A stretch of 64,000 nucleotides of DNA from Flectonema sp. DT1601 (taxonomy: Eukaryota). How positions within the stretch are numbered: the stretch's first letter is position 1; every line of letters begins with the position of its first letter. The notes under the pieces are model-generated. The model did no database searches. It saw nothing but the letters and a program-made list of their open reading frames with translations, and was not told the DNA's origin. Below, in pieces: positions 10,984 through 24,207 of the stretch. Position numbers and translations under genes: made by a program. The DNA is taken from contig OZ025793.1 of the NCBI GenBank assembly GCA_964019425.1, positions 992,001 through 1,056,000 of the forward strand, written 5' to 3'.

Positions 10984-13900
10984 ATTAAGGTGCTATATGC
11001 AGCCCTTTCCCGAATGCTAACTAACGGTGAATGAATTGCAGCACATTGCCGCTGGTTTTGCCCTCAAAAAGTACCCTACCTCAAAAAAAAAAAAAAAATC
11101 AGTTTAGGCAGTAGACTTTAGAGAGATTATAGTGTCTGTGTAACAACTAAATTCTTAGACCCAATTAAAGACTTCATGACCTTCGTTTGTGGGAAGTAGG
11201 AAAAAAAAAACAAAAACAAAAAAACTTCTAATTACTCCCTGATGCAAGCGGAAAAAAAAAAAAAAAAACAAGAAGTCGTACAATCATTGTTATCCACACT
11301 GTTTTTTACCCCTTTTTTTTTAATTATAGAAATCTCTTTGTTGCGTTCAAAGGCTGGGTGGTTTCCTTATGAACTGACCTAAGATTGCCCAGTTTTTCTA
11401 GAAGAAAAAAAAAAAAAAAAAATGAAAACTAGCCCATTTTAATCCAGTATGATTCTTTACTATTCAAGTTCGCTGTTGGCGGTGCTGATCATTCCTCAGT
11501 GGTGTCTATTCGCCTCTGACACTTACTTATTCTGTAGCATGCGTCTTTTTTTTTTGGTGCCCTGTTAGTTATAGTGCCCCCCTTTCTTCATTTTGTGATC
11601 AGTGATGTTAAGGTTTTTTATTATATCGCAGGTTAACTGATGAAGAAGGAAAAAAAAAAAAAACAACAACCTTCCCTTAAAACTATTCTATCTGTTTTAT
11701 TAGTCTTGTTGAATATCTGACCTGTGAGTCAACTTAGCTTCTGCTATGTTCATTGCCTTGCACTTTAAAACGATACAGTTCCAACTATTCGGCTATATCC
11801 CTGTATTTTTATAATTACAATTGATGAACCCCCATGTGTAGTTGGGCGGTTTTTTATGTTTTGTTTTTAATGTTCTAAGAAGAAATATATTCATTAAGAT
11901 TGAAATCCAATGTTTCTGATCGTTATGACGTATTTTCTTTCGGTGCGACAGGATCTTTGTCTGCATTCAACTAAATAGAAATTAATCTTCAATAGGGGGG
12001 GACAATTTTCTAAAATTGTCCCTCAGGCTAATTTGTGTCTATCTTCGTATTGTCACTATTTTAATACCCGAAAGTGACTCGGCAGAGAGAAAGAAAAAAA
12101 AAAGGGGGGGCAGTAAGTGCCAGAATATATTTGGACGAATACGCCCCAATTTTTTTTTTTTTTATTTTGGTTTATTTTATTTTTATTTTGCTTGTGCTAT
12201 GTCTTTCAGATACCACCAATAGGCAATTTCTTTTTTTTTTTCTTTCATCTATACGCAGTATTCCACGCAAAAAAAAAAAAAAAAAAAAACCTCTTAAAAA
12301 GGGAAATCATACCTCTGTTCTCGACCATCAGCGCAGAACGTTTCCCCCTTTTTTTTTTTGTTGTTATTATTTTGTATGAACCTTTTGGTACATTGGTACT
12401 GGTTAGCTAATTATAGGATTTTTTTTTTTTTTTTTTTTTGTAATTTTGTTTGTTAGGTCGTGCTTTCTAAGGGGGAATGAAAGTACTAGTCTCAAAATTA
12501 CGGATTACCGTCGGACATACTGAAACTTTTTAGTTTTTTTATTGTTTGTATCTTTTTTCCTCTCGTTTGATCTCCGCATCTATAAATTGATCACTATTGT
12601 ATCTTTCTTTTTTTTTCACTGATTTGGAAAAAAAAAAAAATTCGCTATTTAGTTTCACCTCTTCGTGGTTGTAGCTATTTGCCCCCCCGTTTTTTTTTTT
12701 TTTTTTTTTGCCTTCTTTTTTTATTTAGCCTTTAAGGCAGAATATTAAAAAAAAAAAAAAAAAAAAAGAAAGACATCAACCAACTGTACCTTTTGCCTAT
12801 AATTTTTCCCCTAATGAGAAAGACTACGACATAACTCTGTGCAAAGCGGGTCCTTGCTGGGCGGTTTTTTGCTGGCTTTTTATCATTATATAAATAAGTC
12901 AATAGAGAGATATTTTCTCAATTATCTGAATTGTGTTTGTCGGTTTTGATTCTTTTTGGACTGCCCCAGATAACAAGAATTCCATTTAATGCCATCCTGA
13001 AACGGAAGAATGAAGAACGGTTTTTTTTTTTATTTATTTTATTTTATTTTATTTTTTTTTCTTTCACAGAATCGCAGAACTTTTGAGTGCGCATAAAGTT
13101 GGGAGAAAAAAAAATAAAAAAAAATTAATAAGTTCAGTCAAGTGGTCGATGTTTCATTGTTGTTTTTGCTAACTGAGTTCCTCGACCTCTATGTCGGGCT
13201 GAGTCCAGAGTGTATTATTTTGTTCTATTATCATGAAGTCTGTTTTTCTTAAGGACTCTTGCGCACCCCACTACTCTTTCAGTGTCGGTGTAATTAGTTT
13301 CCTATTTCTTAAAAATCGTTTTTATAAATGTCTTTTCGTGTCGTCATTGTTTCGGATGTTTAGTGACAGTAACCAGTGAAATCCACCAGTTCTTTTTTTT
13401 TTTCTTGTTCCACCCACTCTCTTTAGGTTTTGCATCGGAATTTCAAAATTCGTAAGTATCTAGCGCAAATGATGTGTTTGGTATGGTGTCACGTAGTTGC
13501 TTGTTCTTTGTGTCATCCCAACGCTTTGGGAACACTGCTTCTTGTATTGTTCCTTTTAATTTGCATTTCTTTAGACAACATATCTATAAATAAGTAATCG
13601 GTTAACATTCCTAGTCTAATGCAGCCTAGCAACCAATCAATATCAATCCTGTCTTCTTCGTGGAAGCTGGGCAACCAAATAAGTTGTACTCACCAGGTTG
13701 GCCAGATTATCTTTTTACTGTTTTTTTCCTTTGATCGTATTAAGTGAATGATGTGGTTTTTAAAAAGAATTCTACGGCTCCCCCTTTAGCACAATGTGTG
13801 AGATACACACGTTGTGTTGTTGTGTATGTGGTTGTGGTGTGTAATATAGTTTATGGGACAACAGCCTCGGAAGAAAACAATTTCCAGCTGGGATTTGCAT

Positions 13901-14662
13901 CGGCCACTGGAAATCCGAGTGCTCAAGAAAGCCGTGAAATATAAAAAGAAGTTTCGTGTTTGTTATAATTTCTGTTCAGTCGTTAGTACTCGACGGATGT
14001 CTCAGAAGGACGATTCGCATTGCGTACTGTTCTCGGGCATCGTCAGGTCAATGTTACCATTAAGTAGAAATTAATATTTAGGGTGTGTATAATTGTGTGT
14101 TGTCACTCACGGCATAGACATCACCAAGTATGCCGTATGATGGTATAGGATAGTGTTACTCTTTTTAACGTCATCCCCTCGTACTGTGGTTGAGTGACTT
14201 CCCAGTTGTTATGTAAGCGTCATCCCTCATTCGTAGGTCGATCATCCTGCTTCTCAAGGCAGCATGTGTTGGCATGAGTTTTGTGTTTCTCGACTACCGT
14301 TCCCGCTCCTCGGTTGTTTCATTTTTGGTGGTCGTGGATATTTCATCTTCTCCCTCTCCCCATCTTCCAAGCTCACTTTTGCTGCCTTGCAGTTGATGAT
14401 TAGCATCCTTTCATTTTATTATAAATTATTACTTCCTCACATTTCAGGTGACACTAATAAAGGCTGCGAATCCGTTGCTGAAGTCAACGTCAACCTGTTA
14501 GCAATTAATTTGATTATATTTCATTATGTAACCTTGACAATGAGTTAATGTTCTGGTTCTGATTTTAGTTGTGAATTATTAGCTTCTGTGTGAGATGTTG
14601 GATGTCTGATTCATATTTCCTTTCGCAGCATCTTTTGTATCGCTTAACAACAAAACAACAAA

Positions 14663-16860
14663 ATGGTTTTTACTGTTCTAGTTGCTGCGGATGTATACGG
14701 AACGAAGGGAAACTTTGAAGTTACTTTCCCAAGTACTCCAACACTAGCTGAGTTGACCAGACAGACTGAAAGCATTTACGGAGTTGAAGCATCAGCAAGA
14801 AGACCAGTTGGTACCATCGCTGCTCCATTTTTGGTTTCGAGATTTCAACTTTACAACGATAAGCTACAGCAATGGGTAGACTTGTCTGCTCCAACTCAGT
14901 TGATGGACAGAGCGCAGGTATTCGCATTCCAGACTGCTGCCACTCCTGCACCAGCTCCAGCTCCAATTGGCGCAGCTTCGGTTGCAAGTGCTCTCGCAAA
15001 CGAAAACGTAGCTGTTGCTAATTTGGCTGCTGCAACATCAGCGCAGGTTCATGCTCAAGCAACCGCAAACGCAACCGCAGTTGCCACCACCCAACTTGCT
15101 GCTCATCAGCAGATCATTGCCGCGCACAACATCGCAAGTCAGGCAGCTGCTGTGCAGGCTGCTAACCACGCTGTTGCACAAGTAGCACAGCAGGGTGCCC
15201 AAATGCCAGTCTTCTCTGAGACCGCAACTCATGAAGACAAGACCAGAGCCGTCTTTGAGGGGTTTGACACAAACGCAAACCGCGTTCTTGAAGCCGAGGA
15301 GTGTCGCCAGGCATTTGAACTTCTTCACATCGACTTCTCTGGTGCCACTGTCAGTGATTTGATTCAAAAAGCAGATGCTGACAAGGATGGAGTTATTTCA
15401 TTTCCGGAATGGCAATCATTTTCCGAGAGATTCCCAACACTCATTGACTCCTTCTACTTCCGTTTGAAGGCCTACTGGGAGGATGTTCGTCGTCAGCAGG
15501 AAATCAGAAGTGCAAAGGAGCTTCTCGCCGAACTCAAGGAGCGCTCCCAGCAAGCGCAGGTTGCATGGCTCGAGGCCCAACGTGACTCTGATGCTGCTCG
15601 TACCAGACTCTCTGCTCAGGAAGCCGCTCTCGCTCAAGCAATTGACGTTCAGAGATCTGCTGAACAGGTTTGTTTATTCTAATTAGTAATTTCACACATC
15701 TTGCAGCTTTTACTATTTCAACAATCCTAAACAGGCACTTTTAGAGGGACGTCGTGACGTCGAGCGTGCTACTGCTGATAGAGCTGCTAGAGAACAGGAG
15801 CTTCTTTCTCAGAGAGACAGAGAAACTCAGGCTGGACAGCTACACGCTGATTCCGCCAGAGACACTGAGGCAGCCCACTTCAGATTGACTCAGGCGCAGG
15901 CTGCTGTTGCCGAAGCGCAAGAAAGAGAAAGACAGGCAGCTCAAGTACTTGCCGAAGCCCAGGCCGAAGTTGAGAGACAGAGACAATTGACATCGATGAG
16001 AAGTGCCGAAGTTACAGAGGCGAGATCAAGAGAACAGGCAGCAGCTTTGGCAGCGACTGAAGCCGTGAGAGATGCCACCCTTGCCGGAGAGCGTCTCTCC
16101 CGCGCGGATCTCGACGTTGCTGCTAAGCAGCAGCGTGAAAAGGAGTTAGAGGCCTCCCACGCTCAGGCCCAGTTCGAGACCCACCGCGGTACTGTTCGTC
16201 GTGACGAGGAAGCCCAGGCTCTACAGGTACAGCGTCAGCAGGAAGAAGCAGCACACGTTGCTCGTTTGGAAGCGCAGAGAATTACGGAAGAGGCTGACAG
16301 GAAGGTTGTCGCTCTTGAGGCTGAAAACACCGCATTCACTCAGAAGAGAAGAACTGTTGAAGAACAGGAAGCACCACTTCTCGATCAGGAGATTAGATTG
16401 AGGAGCCAGCGTGATGCACTTGAGGAGAAGGAAGCCCGTCTAAGAGGAGACCACAAGGACTTCTGTGACGCCACCCGTTCTGGATCACCAGTTGCTTCGC
16501 CACTTGCTGTTGCTGCGGCTGTTGCTGCGGGTTCCCCTATCAGACGGGATTACAGCTTAGCAGCTGCCGCTGCTGCTCACGCAAATGCATCCCTCCCTGC
16601 TGTTGCTGCGTCTATTCCAACTCAAGCTCCTGTTCCACTGACTGCGGCTGCTCCAGCATTCGCTTCAGGTTACGCTACAACACCTGCCCTGGTCACTCCA
16701 CGTACTGAGTATGCTCCTCTGCCAACCTCAAGGTTTGTAAATATAATTAACATTTGACAAGCAACTCAAACAACTTAAAAATCAACAAAACAGATCCGTC
16801 TACAGTGGTGTAGGTACTGAGTTGGGAGACACTCCACTTAAGCCTGGTAGACTAGCGTAG
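14663..16860 (+). CDS. BILBO1-family protein: ubiquitin-like N-terminal domain, two EF-hands, long coiled coil (~689 aa, 3 exons)
   Basis: N-terminus MVFTVLVAADVYGTKGNFEVTFPSTPTLAEL matches the BILBO1 NTD. EF-hands DTNANRVLEAEE and DADKDGVISFPEW, followed by FPTLIDSFYFR. Introns 15668-15734 and 16733-16793 are in frame. Confidence 0.85.
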
Positions 16861-17782
16861 TTGGTATGTATCTTGTACATGTGATATGAGTGAATGATCT
16901 ATTGTTTGTATGGCGTCGTATAAAATTAAAACACAATCAGCTTGGTAGGTCGAAGCGAGTTCTTTCTGTTTCGTGTGGCCGTGCCCTATGTGGCCGCCCA
17001 GCTGCGTCCTTCCGTCATTAGTGTTGCGAATCACCAACAAGAGAAAATGTATACTGTTTGAGAAATTACCTGAATGAGTGTAAGAAAAAAAAAAAACTCC
17101 TCTCTTAGATCGTCTTTTTCTTTTGTTTATATATTCTCTTTATCTTTGTTGTCTAATGTGACCACTCAAATGCCGTTGAATGTACGTCATCCCTGTTATT
17201 GTTAATTTCACAAAAAAAAAAATAAAATAAAATAAAATAAAGAGGCATCCTCTTCAAAGGCAACAAAAAAAAATATTAAAATCTGTTGCAATTTTTCTTT
17301 TCAATCGTTTTTTCTAAGCTATTAGAGTTCAACACTTTCCTTGATGCCGTGAGGGAATCGAGCCGAATAGGACTTCAAGATTGGTCGAAAAAAAAAAAGC
17401 TGAAAAGAAAAAAAATCAAAAAAAAAAAAAAAAAAAAAAAGCTGCTTGAAGCCTAGTGGGGTCAAACCATGGAATATGAAATCCAAGCCACGTCGCCTTG
17501 TTTCTTTCTGGGTGTGGTTTAAACTTCATTGTAATTAGAAATTACTTGTGCAGAATTGTCTTTTTTGGTTGCTTGTTCAACGCTTCATCTTCCTCTCTGG
17601 TTTGTTCTTTCAATTCTATTTTTTTTTTCATTCTTTTGTTTCTTGTAAGATCAAGATCCATCTTTTTTTATTTTTGAAGGAAAAAAAAAAAAAAAAAAAA
17701 AAAAGAGTTTACAAAAGAAACTCGTAAAACTATATTAAAAATTAAAAAAAACTTAGAGAAAAAAGAAGAATAAAAACTTCAA

Positions 17783-17817
<35 letters not shown>

Positions 17818-18174
17818 AAAAGAAGAATGGGCCGCAAAGTACATAGTCTGCTTTGCTCAAACCCGGAACACCTTGTATAAGAACAGAACAAAATGTGAGC
17901 TATTTCCCCTCCTCTCCTCTCTCTTCTACATCTGTTGTTTCTCCAAAAAAAAAAAAAAAAATGTGAATTTTCCAGACATAAATCCAGTTATTATTAATAT
18001 TCTACTTCCCTCTCAACAGGTCACTAGTACAAATATCATCAGCAAGCTCCAATAAGCTCAATGATTATGTACTCTGTTTTATATCTTGCGATTCGACAAC
18101 AGTAAAAATTAGGAAAAAAAAAAAAAAAAAAAAAAAGTATTAAATTAATTACCTTTCAAAGCACGAGGAACAAC

Positions 18175-20673
18175 ATGAATATCCCTCTGTTGGTAGTGTT
18201 ACCAGATGACAGTACTGTGGCTATTGCTGTTTGTGTTACTGACAGTGAGAAGGAAGTTATGGAAAAAGTTATTATCGAATCTGATACAACATTTGATACA
18301 TCAGTATGCGAGCTTCGTTATTTAGGAGAACTCATCGAACCTAACGTCACGCTATTGGAGTTGGGAATCTCTGCTGGAGAGGAACTCGAACTCCAACTAA
18401 CCGCAAAGGGGATTGCTCTGAAACAGCTTCAAAATAATAAAAAATGTTTCACGTGCCATTCTTTTCATAAAGAGATTGAATATTTTGGTGATGATGTAGT
18501 CACATACATTCAAGCTGGCGTTGATGTTAATGAAACAAACGAAGACGGAGAAACTTCATTTCACGTTGCTGCTGGAAATAGTAATATTCACGCACTAAAA
18601 CTCATTTACCCTCATGTAGATAATGCGAACACTATTGACAAGGATTATCAGAATGCCTTGCATCTCGCCACCTCTTGTCAAGCATCTGTAGAAACGCTCA
18701 CATACCTAATCGAGGAATGTAATATTGACATTAACGCTTTGGATCGTTGGGGTGATTCTCCAATGTGGTCAGCTTGTTCATTTCCAAGCAGACCGGAATC
18801 TTGCAAATTATTAATAAGACATGGAGTCGAACTTAACAGGAAAAACACCGACAAACAGCAACAAACTCCTCTCACAGCAGCCGTTGCTGGTGGCTGTATG
18901 GAAACCGTGAAACTTATTTTGGAAAACGGTGGAAGAATTCGTATGTATAATTAACATTATTAAAAAAAAAAATTCCCCTTTACGTACATTAACATAAAAC
19001 AAAACAAAAAAACAGAAGAAGGCAATGCTAAGTGGCCCAATGACATAATTGAAGCAATGACAGAGGGAGTCTCTTCCGAAATGTTCTCCCTGTTGTTAGA
19101 TTATTCTGATAATGTTGATGTCAACTTACCATCTAATTGCCGTGCGTCAAAATTCTTTAATGGTGGTTTGAGTTATTATGAACAAATAGTTCAAAGAGGG
19201 TTCAAATTATATCAAACAACCCTCAGTCAAATGTTAAAATGTGCCACTGGCGTTGGAGTTTTCAACTTCTTACTGGATCACTGCAGCCATGAAGAAAAGT
19301 TAAAACTCGATTTTTCAAAAGCGTTCATCTCAGCAACCCGTTCTAGCAGGATTGATGTTTGTACAGTTTTACTACGTCGGGCACGTGAATATCTTGAAAG
19401 CGGTTTAATAGAAAGTCGTTTGAGAAAAGTTTCTAACGTTCCGATGTTCAAGTATCTCTTAAACGAAGTCATAGCGGAAGAAAATCGGATTACTGGAACG
19501 CACAACACACATCTATCTGCATTGAGCTCACTGCAGAATGATAATAAAAGTACGACACACCTCACAGTGTTGTCAACCATAAATACTAAATCAATAGAAC
19601 AACTTGCAAGGGAAAGGTGTAAAGAATTCCCATACTTAAAATTACTTAGTGAGATTGATGATGAAATTAAAAAAAAAAAAATTGGTTTACTTCGAATATT
19701 AGCTGAATGCGAGAGGTCTAAAACATACGTCTCAATGCTTAGTGATACTGCTGAAAGTAGAAATAATGTGACTTTATTAAGAGATAGTAGCTTAACAAAT
19801 ACAGATCTGATTGGTGTCTTGTATGATAATCAGCTACGTTCCTCGTGTGAGTATATTATAAAAACAAGCTTGTTGGATAGTTGGCAATTTGAAGAACATT
19901 TCATCCCGTCAAAGGAGGACGTCCCTATTTCGTATATAAATATACTGAATAATGTGTATGTTGGGATTAAGCCACGACCCTATTCACATCAATTATTTTT
20001 AAACTATCTCTTGGAAGACGCAATCGTTGGGTTGGATATTTCTCTTATTATGATGCTACACTCACGGGGTGCGGTAACAAGTCATCGAGCACTTCGATTA
20101 GCGTGTAAGACTTCTGATGCAGTTGTTTTTGAACTTATTATGAATCTCACACACTTCCAAGAGATTCAAATAAATGAAATTATCGACGGAATGCACATCC
20201 TCGAAGCATGTATGATTTGTGATGTTTTTTCAGGTTTTATAGCATTGCTTGACATACCAGAAATACTAATAGAGCCTTCCTTACTACTAAAAGCGGTACA
20301 GCAAGGACGAGACTCTTACGTTGCCGTATTACTACGGAAGGGAGTCAGTGCGAAGCTACCAATAATTGGTTGGTTACCGCCGTTAATAATATCGTCGTTG
20401 TCGTTACACGCTAACGTGAGTAGGATTTTAATTGAGAATGGAGGGCTTTCTGTTGACGATCGTTTGTTCTGTCCTGGTAATGTATTCCACAATTACACTG
20501 CAGTGGAAGTTGGTTTTCATGTCGCAAAGCAGTTGCGGCGCAGTCGTGATCGTGCTGATCGCGCAAAATGCTCTGCAGCAATACGAGCTCTCAATGTACT
20601 GTGTTCACACAGTGCTGATCCACAACTGATTCTACGGAAGCTAACTACCCAGAAGTTGCGTGGCCGTTGGTAG
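18175..20673 (+). CDS. Ubiquitin-like domain + ankyrin-repeat protein (~807 aa, 2 exons)
   Basis: N-terminal UBL-like region (ELRYLGELIEPNVTLLELGISAGEELEL). Ankyrin motifs GETSFHVAA, QNALHLAT, GDSPMWSAC and QTPLTAAV. Intron 18941-19015 joins to the 19057 ORF in frame. Confidence 0.85.
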
Positions 20674-20954
20674 CTGTTATGATTTTTTTTTATTATTTTC
20701 TTGTTCTTGAAGTGCATTTTAAACACACACGTCCGTTGGCAACCTTATAGTACACTATTCGCAAGGCTCGCAAAACGACCATGCACATCTTAGTTTTTAT
20801 TTGACAACATGTCTTCGATACGATAAAATTGAGTTTTTTTTTTTTTTTTTTGCACCTAAACTAACCCCTGTTGCTAAAACTAAAGCGAGCGTTATATTGT
20901 GTCTTCATGTTCTCGTTCATTTACAGCAAGGAGGGGGGAACTTGGAAAAAAAAA

Positions 20955-22852
20955 ATGCAAAAAAGTAAAGAAAAATCCACCTTCTCAGAAGATATCACAA
21001 GAGACGAAATAAAAAGATTAAAAATCGAACAACCTGCAAAACAAAAAATAATATCATCGATCATAAACAAAATAAAATCAAAAGATGGCAGCATCCTACA
21101 AGACGATGAAGGAGGTTATTTCTGGACATCACACGTATTAAAAGACATTAACCTTTCAGAGTTACTTTCCGAAATAAAACCATACTGGTGTGATATGATA
21201 CCCCTACTAAGACACCATCCAATACTGACTGTTATTAATAAGTTCATCGCATCAGTGGATATTAAGGAAGCTAAAAAGGGTAATTGGGTTAAAAAAGAAA
21301 AGCAAAACAACGATGCAATCCAAAAAAGAGACAGTAAAATAGCTCAATCACTGGAAGCGATTATTCAAGAGACTCGGGATATGCTGAGGGATAGGAAAGG
21401 AAATATAGTGATTCCTATATATCCAGATTATTGTATTGTCGCTTTCAGTGGATTTATAGAAACGATTTCTGGACTTTTACGAAATGACTCTCTTGTTGAT
21501 ATATCGTCTCGTTACCAGGTTTGTCATAATTTTTTTTCCTCTTTTTTTTTTTTTTTCAAAAAAATTCAAAAAAAAAAAAAAAACACAGCTATATCACAAC
21601 GTCTTTGAATTAGTGAAAATCTTCTCTTCCAGCAACGACTTTGCTGCGTTATTCTGCACTGAAAGCGAAGACAATGGTAAGCCAATTGCCTCTCTTCTAG
21701 CTACAATGAATGAACAGGCTAATGTCTTTTTACATAAGAAAGATGTAGTTGAGGAACACGCAGGGGATGAAGATATGATTATAACAATTGACATAGCAAT
21801 GAGTATTAGGGATACCATTGAGAAGATAGCGAGGGACAATGAACAGATGAAGGAACGAATTGAAAATTTAGAGGAAAAATATATCGCGAGATTGACACCG
21901 AACAGACTGAAAATAGTAACAATATTCAACAGCAACACCAACAGATTCAATCATGTTTTTGACAGGCAACTTAAATCTGTTAGAGGTACTGTTAGTTCTG
22001 CTGTTGGACGAATGAGAGAACTGTCTACATTAACGACAACACTTCCAGTGAGTTGGGGGTCAGGGATATTCATCAGAGTTGATGAAAACAGAAACGACTG
22101 TCTCAAAGCTCTGATAATCGGACCTCAAGGAACACCTTACCAAGATGGTTGTTTTATATTTGATATTTTCCTACCACAAAATTATCCTCAAGTACCACCA
22201 ATGGTTGAACTTGTTACCACTAGTAAAGGAAATATTCGTTTTAATCCTAATCTCTATGCCTGTGGTAAGGTCTGCTTGAGTCTTCTTGGAACCTGGTCAG
22301 GACCTGGTTGGATACCTGGAAAGTCAACTCTGCTTCAGGTTTTGATATCTATACAGGTATGTTGTTTTTATTTGTGTTGTTTTTATTATTTTATTATCAT
22401 TATCAATACCGCAGGGGCTTATCTTCGTCAAAGATCCCATAAATAACGAACCCGGTGAAGACGGGTCCGAATCGAGAATTCAAAAATACAATAACTACAT
22501 TAGATACTACACATGCAAAGTATGTTTTTTGATCTTTTTTTTCTTCTAATTTTTTGTTTATTTTCCATCTCGTGGACTGTTGTAGACGAGACCATACACC
22601 CTTCCACAGGGAGCTGTGCTTGAGATTCTGAACTCTATAAATCCATACTTTGAAACTGTAATCAGAGATCATTTTAAGTTAAAGAAGGATACAATAAGAA
22701 AGAAGCTTACTGAACTTGTTGAGGTTGTGAGTCAGTTGAAAAGCACTCCGCCGGGGAACTTTGGATTCCGAAGTGGCAGCTATGGAGCTGGCGACTCAAC
22801 TAACCCAAAAGAAATAGTTAAACGAGCCTTAGCAAAACTTGAAGCATTGTGA
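20955..22852 (+). CDS. BIRC6/UBE2Z-type ubiquitin-conjugating enzyme E2 (~559 aa, 4 exons)
   Basis: Catalytic segment RFNPNLYACGKVCLSLLGTWSG, plus GPQGTPYQDGCFIFD and the BIRC6-like pre-UBC motif LLRNDSLVDIS..QLY. Introns 21519-21588, 22357-22414 and 22520-22609. Confidence 0.9.
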
Positions 22853-23607
22853 ACTTGGGAATCACATATGAGAAATGAACATTTTACACCTCTTAAGATG
22901 GTTTTTATCTTACGAGGAAAGCCTTTTCTCCTGTTCTGGCTTTCGGCCGACTGGATTGATTAAAACAACATTTGGTGTTATATTCCTTCTTACAGAGCAA
23001 CTTGTTTTGTTTGGTAATTATATGATGAGTGTTTGTTTATCCTTTTCTTGTTCTCAATCAGATCCACAGATATGTATCGCCTGTGAGAACATCCGATTAG
23101 TGGAGGACGTGGTTTTGATAATTGAGGAGTCTTTTTATGTTATTTCGATTTAGTTTTTTTTCACCAAAAGCTACTAAAATGGAATCTTTCGCCCTTTGCT
23201 GGTCAACGTAGGAAACTGATGATAGAATCTAAACCGAGGTTTGTGTGAATTGGATCTGAACATTTTATTTGCTTGGGTTCTTTTTGATTTGATAGTAGTT
23301 GTTCTTTTCTGTTTTCCAAGACACAGCCTCGCTTTCCTTATCTCGTTTTGAGCTTCTTTTTTTGGTTTTCTTCCTCACGAGTTGAAATAGGTATTCGCGT
23401 AGCTCAATTTTTGCAGTTCTTCTTTTTGAAGCTTTCGGTAATAATGTTTGGGACAATAGGGGTCAACGGCTCTAATTGACCCGGACATGTACCGTGGTTT
23501 GTATTTTCTTATAATTATTTCATGAAGAGCTTTCTTTTTAGTCATCGGAAATGATATTTTATTTATTACTCTCATCTCCATTCTCACTCTGATCATTTCT
23601 ATTTCTA

Positions 23608-23640
23608 TTTCCCTTTCCCTTTCCCTTTCCCTTTCCCTTT
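23608..23640. repeat. (TTTCCC)n microsatellite followed by poly-T
   Basis: Five and a half TTTCCC units seen directly. Confidence 0.85.
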
Positions 23641-24207
23641 TTTTTTTTTTTTTTTTTTTTTTTGAACCTGTTGGTCTCTCCGGGTAATGTGGGTTAAAGG
23701 GATAGATCTTTCAAACCAAAAGCTATATAAAAACACAATGTCCGTGATTGAGTCTTTTACTTGCGGGTTACCCGCAGTCATCAGTTCGACTTGGTAACTA
23801 CTAAAAAAATTCAATTCGGTACCTTTTTTTAATATCCTAATTTAGTGCACAAACTCATATTCTAACTTCGTTTTTTTCTATTGTTCTTTCTTCAGCAGAT
23901 GTTTCGTGGCATTTTTTTTTTAAAAATTCCGCGGCTCCCTACCGACAACCCTTCGACAATACTGATATGGTATTGTATAGGGAAGTACAACATAGGACGC
24001 GCGAAAAAGTTGAAAAAAAAACCGTTGTGAGCTCTGACTGAATTTAGAAATAAACAGAGCGATGTTTATTATTTTCCCTATTCTTGCTTCTTACCTTCGT
24101 TCGAACGATAATTGTAATTATTTGTTTAAACATTATTGTTGTTATTTTGACTGACACGTGGAATGCTTATTATTTATTATTTCATTAAAGGAGTGGGTTT
24201 GTTCAAC

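Noticed and set aside
7839..14548. Small ORFs in the long intergenic region
   Set aside because: Dominated by poly-F/poly-K from homopolymer runs, with no coding signal.
17341..17390. tRNA-like T-arm (GGCTCGATTCCC) on the - strand
   Set aside because: No acceptor, D or anticodon arms can be built.
23608..23640. Telomere-like repeat
   Set aside because: TTTCCC is not the TTAGGG telomeric unit; it is a short interstitial microsatellite.
22875..23814. Short ORFs on both strands between the E2 and the giant gene
   Set aside because: Multiple stops, no recognisable domain or consistent splice model; could be a decayed fragment but unsupported.
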